Positions 1-11,500 of a stretch of DNA of 64,000 bases are shown piece by piece. Source of the DNA: Mytilus californianus (Eukaryota); contig NW_026262734.1 of the NCBI RefSeq assembly GCF_021869535.1, forward strand, positions 27,156,001 through 27,220,000. The letters run 5' to 3'. The stretch's first letter is position 1, and each line of letters opens with the position of its first letter. The position numbers and the translations under genes were made by a program. The notes below the pieces were generated by a model. The model was not told where the DNA came from. It did no database searches and worked only from the letters and a program-made list of their open reading frames with translations.

Positions 1-1579
1 AATCAACTGTTAATTAATGATCTGATCCATATATTCCTTGTTTATAAAACATGCACATGCGCAGTAATTCAGTCCTGTTCAGCGCTGATAGTTGGTCACG
101 TGGATTGTATTATGCCTGACCCTATTGACAAAGTATTAGATTGGGTCAGGATGCCAGGCTAAGATCTGTCTCCGAATAAACATCTGATGTCAAGCAAGAA
201 TCACATTTTAATTATGACACCAAATTTTTTAAATTGTGATGTCAAATTTTACGGGAACTTAATTTTGAAGTAATGGAGAACAAATTTGCATACAACTTTA
301 CAAGTGTAAATACATCTATTTGCATACAAGTGTAAATATGTCTATAGAAAAGGTCTAGCGCAATAATTCAAAGTGATTGTTGAATGATGTCAAAGAGTTG
401 CAAAATATCGGGTCAAGAGTCCCAGATTCAAAAATAGCAGTTAGGTCTTTTGCTCTACAGTATCCCGCAATGATGGTAAGTCATGCACTTAAGGACATTT
501 TTTATTTTATTTTTCTGTAGACTTAGCTTTGTTTTTTTTATTACTGTGTGTTGTCAAGCTTGGTTACTCATAACTGTTTTTCAGTCACTGAATGTACGAT
601 GTTGTTCCATACTGGAGCAGCTGACCCGGTTTGTTTACATTCAAATTCTAATGGCTTCAAAACCATGTGACACATTGAATCGTTATATCCAATCAAATTG
701 CTCTACTGTCAATTAGGTGATTTTTTAGTACAAGGCAATTATATTATTTGTTTGTATGATATTGCTTTGAAATATTTTGCAATAAATTGGGGGTTTATTC
801 AATAGGAAACCTCATTATTAGCCATGAAATTTGACATCTATGGAATTTTATATGAATATTTACTTATGGTCAGAATATCGATCTCTTTATATTGAACCAA
901 AATTTTTTTTTATGAAAAATATATGTACAACATGTATATTGTTTTTTATTAACCTACTCTATATTCCTGAACAAATATATGGCGTGATTATCGTTTGTTT
1001 CCCAAAGTTTTTCTTTCAATTTGGATGGGGTTTTTTTCGCGGGAAAATAGCGTAAGACATAAGGTGCTTGCCATTTTGAAATTCTTAAAAATACGATTTG
1101 CTTGGCCTGTTTGGTCTGCCATTAAGATTGATGACGCTTAATGGAATGTAAACAAAGCAATGGAGGCCGGAAGAGGGATTTTCTGAAGCTCTGGAATGTG
1201 TTTAGGCATTCGGAAATCAGGTTTGAAACGGCCATTAGAAAATTGACATTTTTGTACAATACTTTAGAATAACAATGAAAACATATCTTTAGAATATTTT
1301 TTTTATTTAGAAGAGTATAAAAAATGTATTCTGCACTAATTTTGTACGCTGGTATTAGCGTAGTGACGTTAATGCGGAGTTTTCCCGTGTGATAAGTACA
1401 ATAACAAATTCCGAAGAATCAACATGATGACCGATTATAGACTACGGTAGGATACATGAGAAATACAGGAATCATGGGAATACAGAATTGCTCTTCATTT
1501 AACAGTAAAATCGTCTTCATCTTTATTGGCAAGAATTTCTCTTAATATATTTTCATATTACAATAATGATGTTACATAC

Positions 1580-1796
1580 TCTGTTTTAGTACTTTTTTTC
1601 TTTGACTTTTGTCAGTCACAAGCTTTGCCACAGGTCGAACATGGTTGATGGAAAATGGATTTTTCCCAGGTTTTGGACCAGAGAATAAAATAGAAAGGCC
1701 GAAAATGAAGCAATAAAGAAGAACTATTGCAATAAGAATCGATGGGTTTGTCACTAAATATTCAACAAAGTTGAACATTCCGATGTCTATCGCCAT
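1580..1796 (-). CDS. RETSAT: All-trans-retinol 13,14-reductase (retinol saturase), first coding exon; the gene continues left beyond the window
   Basis: Translation has a hydrophobic N-terminus, then SGPKPGKNPFSINHVRPVAKLVTDKSQRKKVLKQ, matching recalled human [38 protein letters not shown]. Phase-1 donor A|GTATGT at 1580/1579. Upstream acceptor TTTTAG| at 1827/1826 implies a non-coding exon further 5'. Confidence 0.88.
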
Positions 1797-2542
1797 CCTT
1801 CTTTGGGTCAGTCTTGCTACTTCGGCCTAAAACAAACAAAGGGAGGCAACATTATTCAGAGGATGACTAATGACCAAATGATATTTGATAAAGCAAAGCA
1901 TGGAGACGTTAATGCACACTAATATTAGTCCGACTGGTTGATTTATTGACTATAAAGTTACTAGTGTAAAACCATTTAAACGGGAAAAACCAATGTACCA
2001 AAAACCAATGGTCTAATCTATATAAAAAATGCTTATAAGTATAAGAACATTGACCCTTTTAAAATACATTGTCACAAATACAAACCTGAGATTAAACAAA
2101 AGATTTTTAATTTACTGTTTTTGTTCTTTTCGAATTACAATTAAAATGAACAAATTTTTCGATAGATTTAATGCTGTCTCTGCGACCGTACAGTTTGAAT
2201 TTGATGGTATCTTTAGTACTCCCATAAAGGAATGCTGTGAAAGGGATTATATATGCGTGAATTTGACAACTTCATCATAGTGGTAACGATAAGTTTGCCA
2301 ATCTCGGCTACTTTACATGTCTCTGCACAAACCAACAAAATATTTACAATAATTTAAAAAAAAACAAGACAAGATGGGCCATATCCCAAATCGGTAAAAT
2401 GATTTGCAAAATAAAAAAATACATTATGCAGTTTAATCTTCTCGGTTAGATATACAACCGCCTAATCCAATCCATTTCAGTAACACACAAAATACAAGAT
2501 ACAATAATCAATACTGTATAAGAGGGTCTGGATGGTGGTCCT

Positions 2543-4264
2543 CAGGCTTGGGGTAATTGTAATTGTAATCATTAATCAGCTGTTATCGAATGATTACAAT
2601 TTTTCAAGTAATCATTGTAATCATTAATAATCCAAAAATCTAATTACCTGTAATCTAATTTAATCTATTACTTTTTATAAATACCTTGTAATCCTAATAA
2701 CTTTTTGATTACATTCTGATTAAAGTGAAAAATATTCTCAAATTGTGTTTATGGTCAATATATCAGGTCTTAAATTAACCTTTTTATTATTCATGTTTTA
2801 TAAAATATGGATATGCATGAAATTTGATACCAACAAAATGTTAGTTAAATGATTTTTTAACTTGTTTTGTGAGGACATCATTACATGTTGACAGGTAGAA
2901 ATTACTTGTGTATTATGTAAAACTCACTGGTAAAGAAATTTAGTTTCTCTCATTCCAAAAGCCCTTGGCAAAAATATGCTCAAAACTGGCCATATGCATA
3001 GTGAGTTCATATCAGCATTTTTAGTTATGTGCCGGACCATAACCAGTGACAAAATGTTCATGTAAATGTATTGTGGAAGAATTTCAGAAAAAGAAAAATT
3101 TTATTTTTGTAATAAAGAAATAGAAATTGTCAAAGAATACAAGTATCTTGGTGTATTTTTTGCTAGAAGTGGATCATTTTTAACTACAAGAAAATATTTA
3201 AGAGACCAGGGAACAAAAGCAATGTATAGTTTATTAAAAAAATCGCGAAGACATAATTTATCAATTGAATGTCAATTAGATGTGTTTGATAAAGCCATTT
3301 TACCAGTATTACTTTACAGTTCAGAGGTCTTGGGTTTTGAAAATTTGGATGTTTTAGAAAAAGTACACTTGCGTTTTTGCAAGATCATATTAAACCTGAA
3401 GCAGACAACACAAAATAGCATTATTGGAGAACTCGGACGATTTCCGATCTCGCTCACAGTTAAAATGCGAATTACTACCCTCACATCTTATGTATTTTTT
3501 ATGTAAATTCAGTTGTGGCTGTCATCGTTTGCCCATTGAATCGGGCAGATGGCATAAAATTCAAAGAGACGAAAGAACCTGTAATGTATGTGACTCAAAT
3601 GAAACAGGTGATGAGTACCATTATATACTAGTCTGTAACTTTTTTAGTTTAGAAAGGAAAAAATTGTTACCGCAATATTGTCAAAAAAATGCAAATACTG
3701 CAAAATTTAATCAGTTATTCTCATCAACTGATATTATTGTATTAGAAAAACTAGCAAGATTTATTAAACACTGATGTATTATCGATTGTCGTCTCTCCTG
3801 GTTAGTTAAATTGTGTTAAACATACACAATTAAATGCATATGTGTTTACGCATGCACTATTATGGTATTATAATTGTATACTAATTTCTCTGTAACATTA
3901 TGTTTATGAGAATAAAATATTCGTATTCGTGAATCTTTGTGGTTAATTAAATTGATTAAGTTTGAAGTTATTATTTAATAACATATCAAATTAAAACCTT
4001 CCTCAAAAAGCGATACAGTTATAACGCTTATTCATTAACATCATTCAAATGGGTTATTTTGAAATTCATTGTCATCAGATGTAATCATGATTACTTGCCA
4101 ATGTAATCATTAATTCAATTAGTTATTTTGAGAAATGGTGTAATCGTTAATTTGATTTAATCATACAATTGACAAAGTAATTGTAATTTAATCAATTACA
4201 TCAGAGACATATATACACATATATATGTCTCTGATTACATTGAAAGAAATCAGACCCATCACTG
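2543..4264. mobile_element. Non-autonomous hAT-like element with an 8-bp target-site duplication
   Basis: GTGGTCCT at 2535-2542 and 4265-4272. Ends CAGGCTTGGG / CCCATCACTG are imperfect TIRs. GTAATC/GATTAC-rich subterminal regions at both ends. Confidence 0.7.
3066..3930 (+). mobile_element. 5'-truncated non-LTR retrotransposon (CR1/L2-group LINE) 3' end, frameshifted
   Basis: ORFs 3066-3506 (EIVKEYKYLGVFF, late RT) and 3424-3774 (HRLPIESGRW..ERTCNVC..GDEYHYILVC, C-terminal Cys/His motif). Ends in AATAAA plus a TATTCG repeat tail. Confidence 0.85.
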
Positions 4265-4450
4265 GTGGTCCTTCATTTCTGTATTCTTCGTCTTTTTTAG
4301 CCCATTATAATATTCTTTTATCTTCAAATATAGTTCATATTTTAGCCCCCCGTTATTCTCTATGCTTTATTTGTTTCTTTATTTTTCTCTATACTATATT
4401 TTTTGCCCATTTTTCTCTATTCTGTAAACCCCACCAAGACCCTCATATAA

Positions 4451-4811
4451 TAAACTATTTTCATATTACCGAACTTTGACTCTGGAATTTTACAGGTTAC
4501 CTACTCTGTGGTAGGACATCCTGGTACTCTGTCAAGTAAGAGCAACGTAAAGAAGTTAAATAAAGCGTTCTATCGGTACAATTTTGGAAGAAATTTAACT
4601 GTTTAATGTTTTCTATACACGACAAAATCGTCGGAAAACAGTAAAAAAAAAAGTAAACTTTCCTCCCAAATTGCACCGATTATATATTAGATTTAATTCT
4701 TATTGGTTGCTTTTACTTGACCAAGTACCAAGATGTCCTACCACAAAGTAGTTAACCTGTCGAAAAATTATATAATCCGGAGTCAAAAGTCGGTAATATG
4801 AAAATGGTCTA
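4451..4811. repeat. Degenerate ~360-bp palindrome between the divergent RETSAT and FBXW8 genes
   Basis: 4452-4546 pairs with 4706-4811 and 4572-4596 pairs with 4655-4680. Both pairs share an axis near 4626. Confidence 0.85.
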
Positions 4812-5069
4812 TTTGGATTACGATGTCTTATAATTCCCGGAAATAGTTGTGTGCAATTTTCTAAACTTTCAAATGGTAATGTGGCAGACCTTGTATCTTT
4901 TCGGGTGATCAGACATTTATGAAGAATTAGAGATCTTCCGAGACGAACGTAAACAAACGTTGACTGCAGCTGATCTGTACATTGAAGTATGTTATCTATT
5001 AGAGTTTGACCCGTTGAAAGTTTAAAAATACACATGCACTGTTAAATTTATATTTCATATACACATATA

Positions 5070-5579
5070 ATGGCATCAAATGACCTTGAAAAGTTCCGAA
5101 CTGAATGGAAAAATGAGCTTCAAGGGAGTAAGGTCATTCCAGATAAAAGAAGAGGACAAGGTTCAATAGCTGTTGATCCTACATTAGCAATCGATATTGT
5201 CCTCCCAGAAAATATATCTAATAACCAGAAATCCAATCCAACAAATTGTTCTGAGTGCAGAGTCCACCCAGCTTTTAGAGAAAATAACAAGTGTCATACG
5301 TGTTTATTTATCACTAAACAAAATAAAGAACATAAAACCAACACTCAGTTCTACCCGTTCCGAATAGTTGATGGTCTTCTTAATTCAAAAGATCAAATCA
5401 AACAAAGTCAAAATCTAGAAACAGAGTTTTTATCAAACACAAAAGTGACAAGCACCTGTGGAAAGAAAAGAAAATATGATGCATTCGGAAATGAAGACGT
5501 GAAAGACATCTTTTCGAATAAGCAAGGTCGAAAGGAGGATGACAAAGAGAGCTATTTGGACTTGTTTATTGCTGATTTG
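5070..5579 (+). CDS. FBXW8: FBXW8 coding exon 1
   Basis: MASNDLEKFRTEW...YLDLFIADL|GTAAGA, phase 0. Confidence 0.9.
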
Positions 5580-8500
5580 GTAAGATATTTTTTAAAGAAT
5601 TAGTGAATATACAATATAATCATGATAATTTAGTAATCTGTACATTTGTGTATTTATAATTTTTGCCTGCAAATACTCTGAACAATGCTGATATACCAAA
5701 TATAGAGTTTGTTTGCCATTGGAGGAAATAAATTTGTTAATTTTGTTTACCTGTAAATCTTAAGCATCACAACAACATAGAATTGACACCAAACATCAAA
5801 AGTGATTGACTTGCAAATTTCATAAAATAGGATTTTCATATTTTATGTATAAAATGTAACTATGGGAATAGAAAAGAATAAACAGAATATTTTGTCTTCT
5901 AAACTGATTATCAAATTAAAGTTATAATCAAAATCAATTTGCTGTTGTTTTTAATTTATTAATTACTATTTTAGGATGAAATAAATGAAATTCCATTTTT
6001 TGATCTGACAGTCCCAAGGGAGGTTGCAATAAAAATATTTGAACCTCTTGATCTGAAAGACTTGTGCAGATGTTCTCAGGTGAGTACAATGAATGATACT
6101 TATTGATACATGTAATTATGTAGTTATTATTTGGTTAGACAGTGTTAGAAGGTGTCAAAAATTGAAACATTTTCATCCTGATATTGAAAAGCAAGGGTAC
6201 CAGCGCACTAAAATGATAACCAGTTCACATGTATTGACCAGTGCTATCATTGGTTATTCAGCCTTATTGCTGGTACATGTAATAACAAATTTGGTTGAGG
6301 ATATCTTAGATGTTCCACTTTCATTTGATGGTTGAGCTCCTTTTATTCAAATCTTGTTTCAAACTGTAAAAATATTGCACCTTTTTAAATTTTGATGTTA
6401 CATGTATATAAATCTCTTAAAAATGAAATTTAGTTAAATTTAGTTTTAAGATTTTTTTTATTTCAGATATATATATAGGTAACACTAGGCCACCGAAAGC
6501 TGAAATATTAGTTCAGTCTAGGTGGCGGAGTGATCTAGAGCGCTGGACACAGTGCAGGCGGTGTTGTCTCGATATCACAATAGCATGAGTTCGAATCCCA
6601 GCGAGGGAAGAACAAAAATTTGCTCCGCAAATTTGCAGATTTAACATTGTTGTGCTGATATTCAGAGTAATTATGTATATATATATATATGTAGGACTCG
6701 GAGGTGCGATGGGTACACTGAAGTGCGATGGTCACGCTGAAGTGCGATGGTCCACGCTGAAGTGCAATGTTTTGGTATGCCGCTTGAATTTTGTGATGTT
6801 TTCAAATACAATGTTACTTTTAAAAATACAACATGGATTCTCAGGCAAAGAAAGAAAGGAATGAAAAAATAAAATGTAACGAACGATTCAAGTCCCGAAC
6901 AGTTTTGACCAGTACAGGTGGAGGTTACAAAAATATGTTAAACCATTTCAGGCAGCAAATCATGGGGAGCAAAGCAGCTCAAAGATGAACTTGGTCAGCA
7001 AATATGCTACTCAGTGTTCGGAAGTATGCCGCAAACTTTTTGCACAATAGATAAAATATATTGATTTAGATAAAATTTTTTACTTCTCTTCAAGTATGCG
7101 TCACATGATTTTGTGTGGACAATTTAATGATAAAATTAATTAAAAGCAATGTTTTTGCTATATTAAGTTGATATAATGTTGTTTTATTCCAGAGATAAAT
7201 CCTGCCTTGTAAGAACACCGGCATTCTAGCATAATTTTATTGTGGTTGCATTGTTAATCTTCTACAACAAGTTTGGTCGAAGTAAACCTGACTGGTCCCT
7301 ACGTGTACTTCCAAATTTCTCCTCCTCAACGGAGAAGCAGCTAACTTTAAAGTCTTTGGTGGAATACGTGACACATCATGCTATAAATCAAGCATAAATA
7401 TAATTGGCTAATTTTTACTTCTTGGACACTGTTCCAACATCAGATAAATGGATGAATGATTGTTGGGAGAAATTTTTAAGTTTGTCATGACATGAACAAA
7501 TTATATTTTATAAAATGAGATGGACCCTGCTTAGTGCTATATATAGACACTTACGCTGGACCTTTTTTTATTGTCCTTGAACACCCTATAAAAAGAGATT
7601 TTACTCCACTCAAACCCATTATGCTTATCTGAACCATCCAATCTATTTTCTGACTCAATACTGCAACGTGTAGTTTGACCTGAACAGAAGTTAAACAAGC
7701 TTCCAAATGAGAGGCAAGCAGCTACTTTGGTCAAATCTTAATGACGTTATTTCATGCAGCCCATGTATATTTTGCTTTTTACTCAATGTCACAGGAAGAC
7801 CATTGCACTTCAGCATAACCACCATCGCACTTCAGCGTAGCTTTCAACAAGTTAACGTCATGTCACCCTTGCACTTCAGCGTGTTAACCGACGCACTTCA
7901 GCGTGGACCATCGCACTTCAGCATGGACCATCGCACTCCAGCGTGGACCATCGCACTTCAGCGTGACCATCACAGTTCAGAGTACCATCACGGTTCTGAG
8001 TCCTACATATATACTATTGTTAAAGCCAGAAACTTGATATCTACATTGTAAATGTCTTTTGGCTGATTTTGTTATTGGGTTACTTCCTCATTGATGTACA
8101 TGTATACCCAACATCTCCTTTTATTTTAAGGACACATGACATGCAATGAATATTTAAATTTTTTGTGTTGTCAATTTCCTTAATGACTTGACTCATGCTT
8201 TTGTTATTTTAAGGTATCAAAGAGTTGGAAGAGTTTAGCGGATGATGAGTTATTATGGTGTAGAATTTGTCATAAGCTTGGTTATGAACAAGATACAGAT
8301 GCAGTAGAAAAAAGGAAGTGGAAGACAGTTGTTAGACATCATATTGAAGTGGAAAGAAAACTTGTCTATAATTGGAAGGTATCTTGTAACCACATATGTA
8401 TACCAAAACCATGTTCACTGAGTAAAGGTTTAAGTAGGCATGATAAAAATAAAATGTGTGTACATTTGTATTAAATTTATAAAAGATATATAAAAATGTC

Positions 8501-11500
8501 ATGTATTTATTATGTTTTATGTTATATAAAATTTAGATTGACAAATAAAAATTCCATAATGTTTGTCTTTCAGAACAGATTAGGAAGCTTTACACAGTTA
8601 CAGCATGTCCATGGTGGAATTTTGTGTGCAGTGAATTCTTCTGGTGATAATATTGTAGCTGGGTAACTATTTCTTCATGTATTAAATAGAACATAATTCT
8701 ATGGGAATGTTATACATGATAACATTAGAATTTAATTTATTTTGTTTAAATGTATTAAAATTTTAAATGAGATGTATTCCTGTAAAAAATGGTATGCATA
8801 GAAGGTTGCTTGATGGACATCATATTCTAATCTAAAATCGAATCTTTTATTAAACATTTTTTATTTTAAATTAGTACATAGAGCAACATACTTTTTATAA
8901 AATTGAAAATAATCATGTAAGACCTTTTCACATATGACATCCATTTACTGAATGTTTTACTGAATAAGTTTATGATGATTTGAATATCTTTAAATTGGAA
9001 TGATACTTTTTATGGTATTTTTATTTTATTCATGTTATAATTGGCATGTCTAATTATTTAGCAAATCAATCCAATGAAAAATCATTTCAATTTTCACTTC
9101 AACTGTTTTCTTTTGTTGTAATATTTGATGTCCTTGCAGGTATACCAATGGTGATGTCAAGTTATGGAATGTTTCAGAACAGTTTGATTGTTTGTACCAA
9201 CCATCTAACACTTCATTGGTCATTAATGAGAACACTGAAGATGGAACAATTCCTAATCATGTGACTCATGTGGGAGTGTCACCTACATTTGTTGTTGCTG
9301 CATACAGACAAGGTAAGAACGATACCTAATCATGTGACTCATGTGGGAGTGTCACCTACATTTGTTGTTGCTGGGTACAGACAAGGTAGGAACTTTTCCT
9401 TATCATCATGTGACTCATGTGGGAGTGTCACCTACATTTGTTGTTGCTGGGTACAGACAAGGTAGGAACTTTTCCTTATCATCATGTGACTCATGTGGGA
9501 GTGTCACCTACATTTGTTGTTGCTGCATACAGACAAGGTAGGAACTATTCCTAATCATGTGACTGATGTGGGAGTGTCACCTACATTTGTTGTTGCTGCA
9601 TACAGACAAGGTAGGAACTATACCTAATCATGTGACTTATGTAGTGGTTTCAACTACATTTGTTGTTGCTGCATACAGACAAGGTAGTAACTATACCTAA
9701 TCATGTGACTTATGTAGCGGTTTCACCTACATTTGTTGTTGCTGCATACAGACAAGGTAGGAACTATAGTTATCACATGACTTGTGGACAAATGAAACAA
9801 AGTGCATGGAAATTTTAATTTACTGTAAATTCAGAAATAGATGTTTGCATTTATTATTCATGATTGCTATTTTTGATTGTTGCAAACCTAATACTGTCAC
9901 ATTTTTCGCATCAATAAAAGCACCAAATAATTTCTGAAGTAGCAGTAAATGTACCACAAAATTCAAGTACTATGTTTCATGGATAATTCTGTTTCCATGA
10001 ACATTTTTCCTATGAAGGATTCCTGTGTGTTTTATCCAAAGTGCATTTTAAAGATGGTTTGAATATATTGGAGTTGGTGTTTCTCTTATACATTAAGGTG
10101 AAGTATGTCTTTTGCTTATTTTGAAGATGTTGATAATACAATGTTTCTATTTTTCAGGCAATGTTGACATCTGGAAAACAGACGAAGGAGATTGCACTGT
10201 ACCTGTTCATGTGATAGAATGTCATGATAGACGTGGACTAAGAGCAGTGGGCATCGCCCAACATTCTGATTTAGTGTATACAATCAGTGGCCCATTAGAT
10301 ATCAGTTTTGTACATATATGTCAGGAATGCACAGAACAAGGATTTAATAAGACAAGAGCTATTAATATTATGGATCATGTAAGTTGTATGCATGTTGCAT
10401 GATATAGGGTGTGGGAAATGTTAAAGTTTATATTTTAGTTTTGTTCAAATTAACATCACTTTCTGTATATGTATTAAGTCACATGGCAGTCAGTTTCATT
10501 AATAAAGGAAGAAAACAACGGACTTTCTGTGAAAAGCTGATAGACCTTTTCACATATGTGTACATAAAATTGGCCCATGCTATTTCTGAAAGGGTCAGAG
10601 TAAATCTAAGACTTTAGCAGAAGTAGACTACAGTGATCTGTACAGATAAATGTGGACCAAATTCCTAGATCAAATGAGTCAGAAACAACCAGTTAAAATG
10701 TTGACTTCTGATTGATGAGAAGTAGTATACTTTCGTTTCTCTTATAGAAAGACATTTAAAATTCAAATCCATTCAAGAAACAGATTGATTGATGATCTAT
10801 AGTTCATTGAAGATTTTTGTCTGTGGCTAACTTTTGCATTCAGTAATAAAAAAAAAGTATAGCAGAATGATCAGCTTCCACTACAAATTAAAATTGACCA
10901 CCACTAAATAATGCTGAAAAGTGCTGAAAAGTGGTGTTAAACACCAATTAATCAATCTTCATTGTACAGAGTTTAACACTTATAATTCAAGCATTCTAAG
11001 TCAGGATTACTTCCCATGAATTTTTTACTTCAATCAATTAATTTTGAAGAAGAAGCAAAATAAATGACATTTTTTAAGTTAGTGACAAATATATGTACTA
11101 AAAAGGGAACTTTTCACAGAATATTTATCTTTTGTGTAATTTTAATAGATTTCTGCATCAACAATTTTGGAGGAACCAGCTGCTTACAGCAAACCACAAC
11201 TTGTGATAGCCACAAAATTTCATGTGAATTTATATAAAACAGAAGACAGCAATGCTGATATTTTCAGTCATGTGACTAACATCCACAATGTGATTGGCTC
11301 ACCTGTGACCTGTATGGATGTAAGGTCATCACCATCACAACTGGCTGTAGGATTAGGATCATATGGTGGAGCATTAGATCCATACAGGGTAAACATATTA
11401 TAACATGTAATTGGTTAATTGATTGTTTATAAATAGGCACCCAATTCTGCCATCTATATCATGTATATGGAAATAGATTTTCTGTTAGTGTTACAAGATC

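Larger units (their letters stand above)
2518..4449. mobile_element. Small TIR element (GAGGGTCT...AGACCCTC) split by later insertions
   Basis: Left end TATAAGAGGGTCT at 2517-2529, right end AGACCCTCATATA at ~4437-4449. An uninterrupted relative at 42565 reads GAGGGTCTGGATGG..GGTCCTTCATTTCT across the insertion point. Confidence 0.6.

Noticed and set aside
590-1250. Possible further RETSAT exons
   Set aside because: No frame gives the expected dinucleotide-binding motif (VIGSGxGGL); the sequence looks like an intronic repeat.
4700-5035. 111-aa minus-strand ORF upstream of FBXW8
   Set aside because: TTG start, no recognisable domain, overlaps the palindrome/promoter; probably a chance ORF.
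6516-6668. Possible tRNA gene
   Set aside because: It has A/B boxes but no complete cloverleaf and continues into a non-tRNA body, so it is a SINE head.
9251-9768. CRISPR-like appearance of the regular arrays (also 36275-36455 and 61222-61503)
   Set aside because: Units are head-to-tail with no unique spacers, there are no cas genes, and the DNA is spliced eukaryotic sequence.
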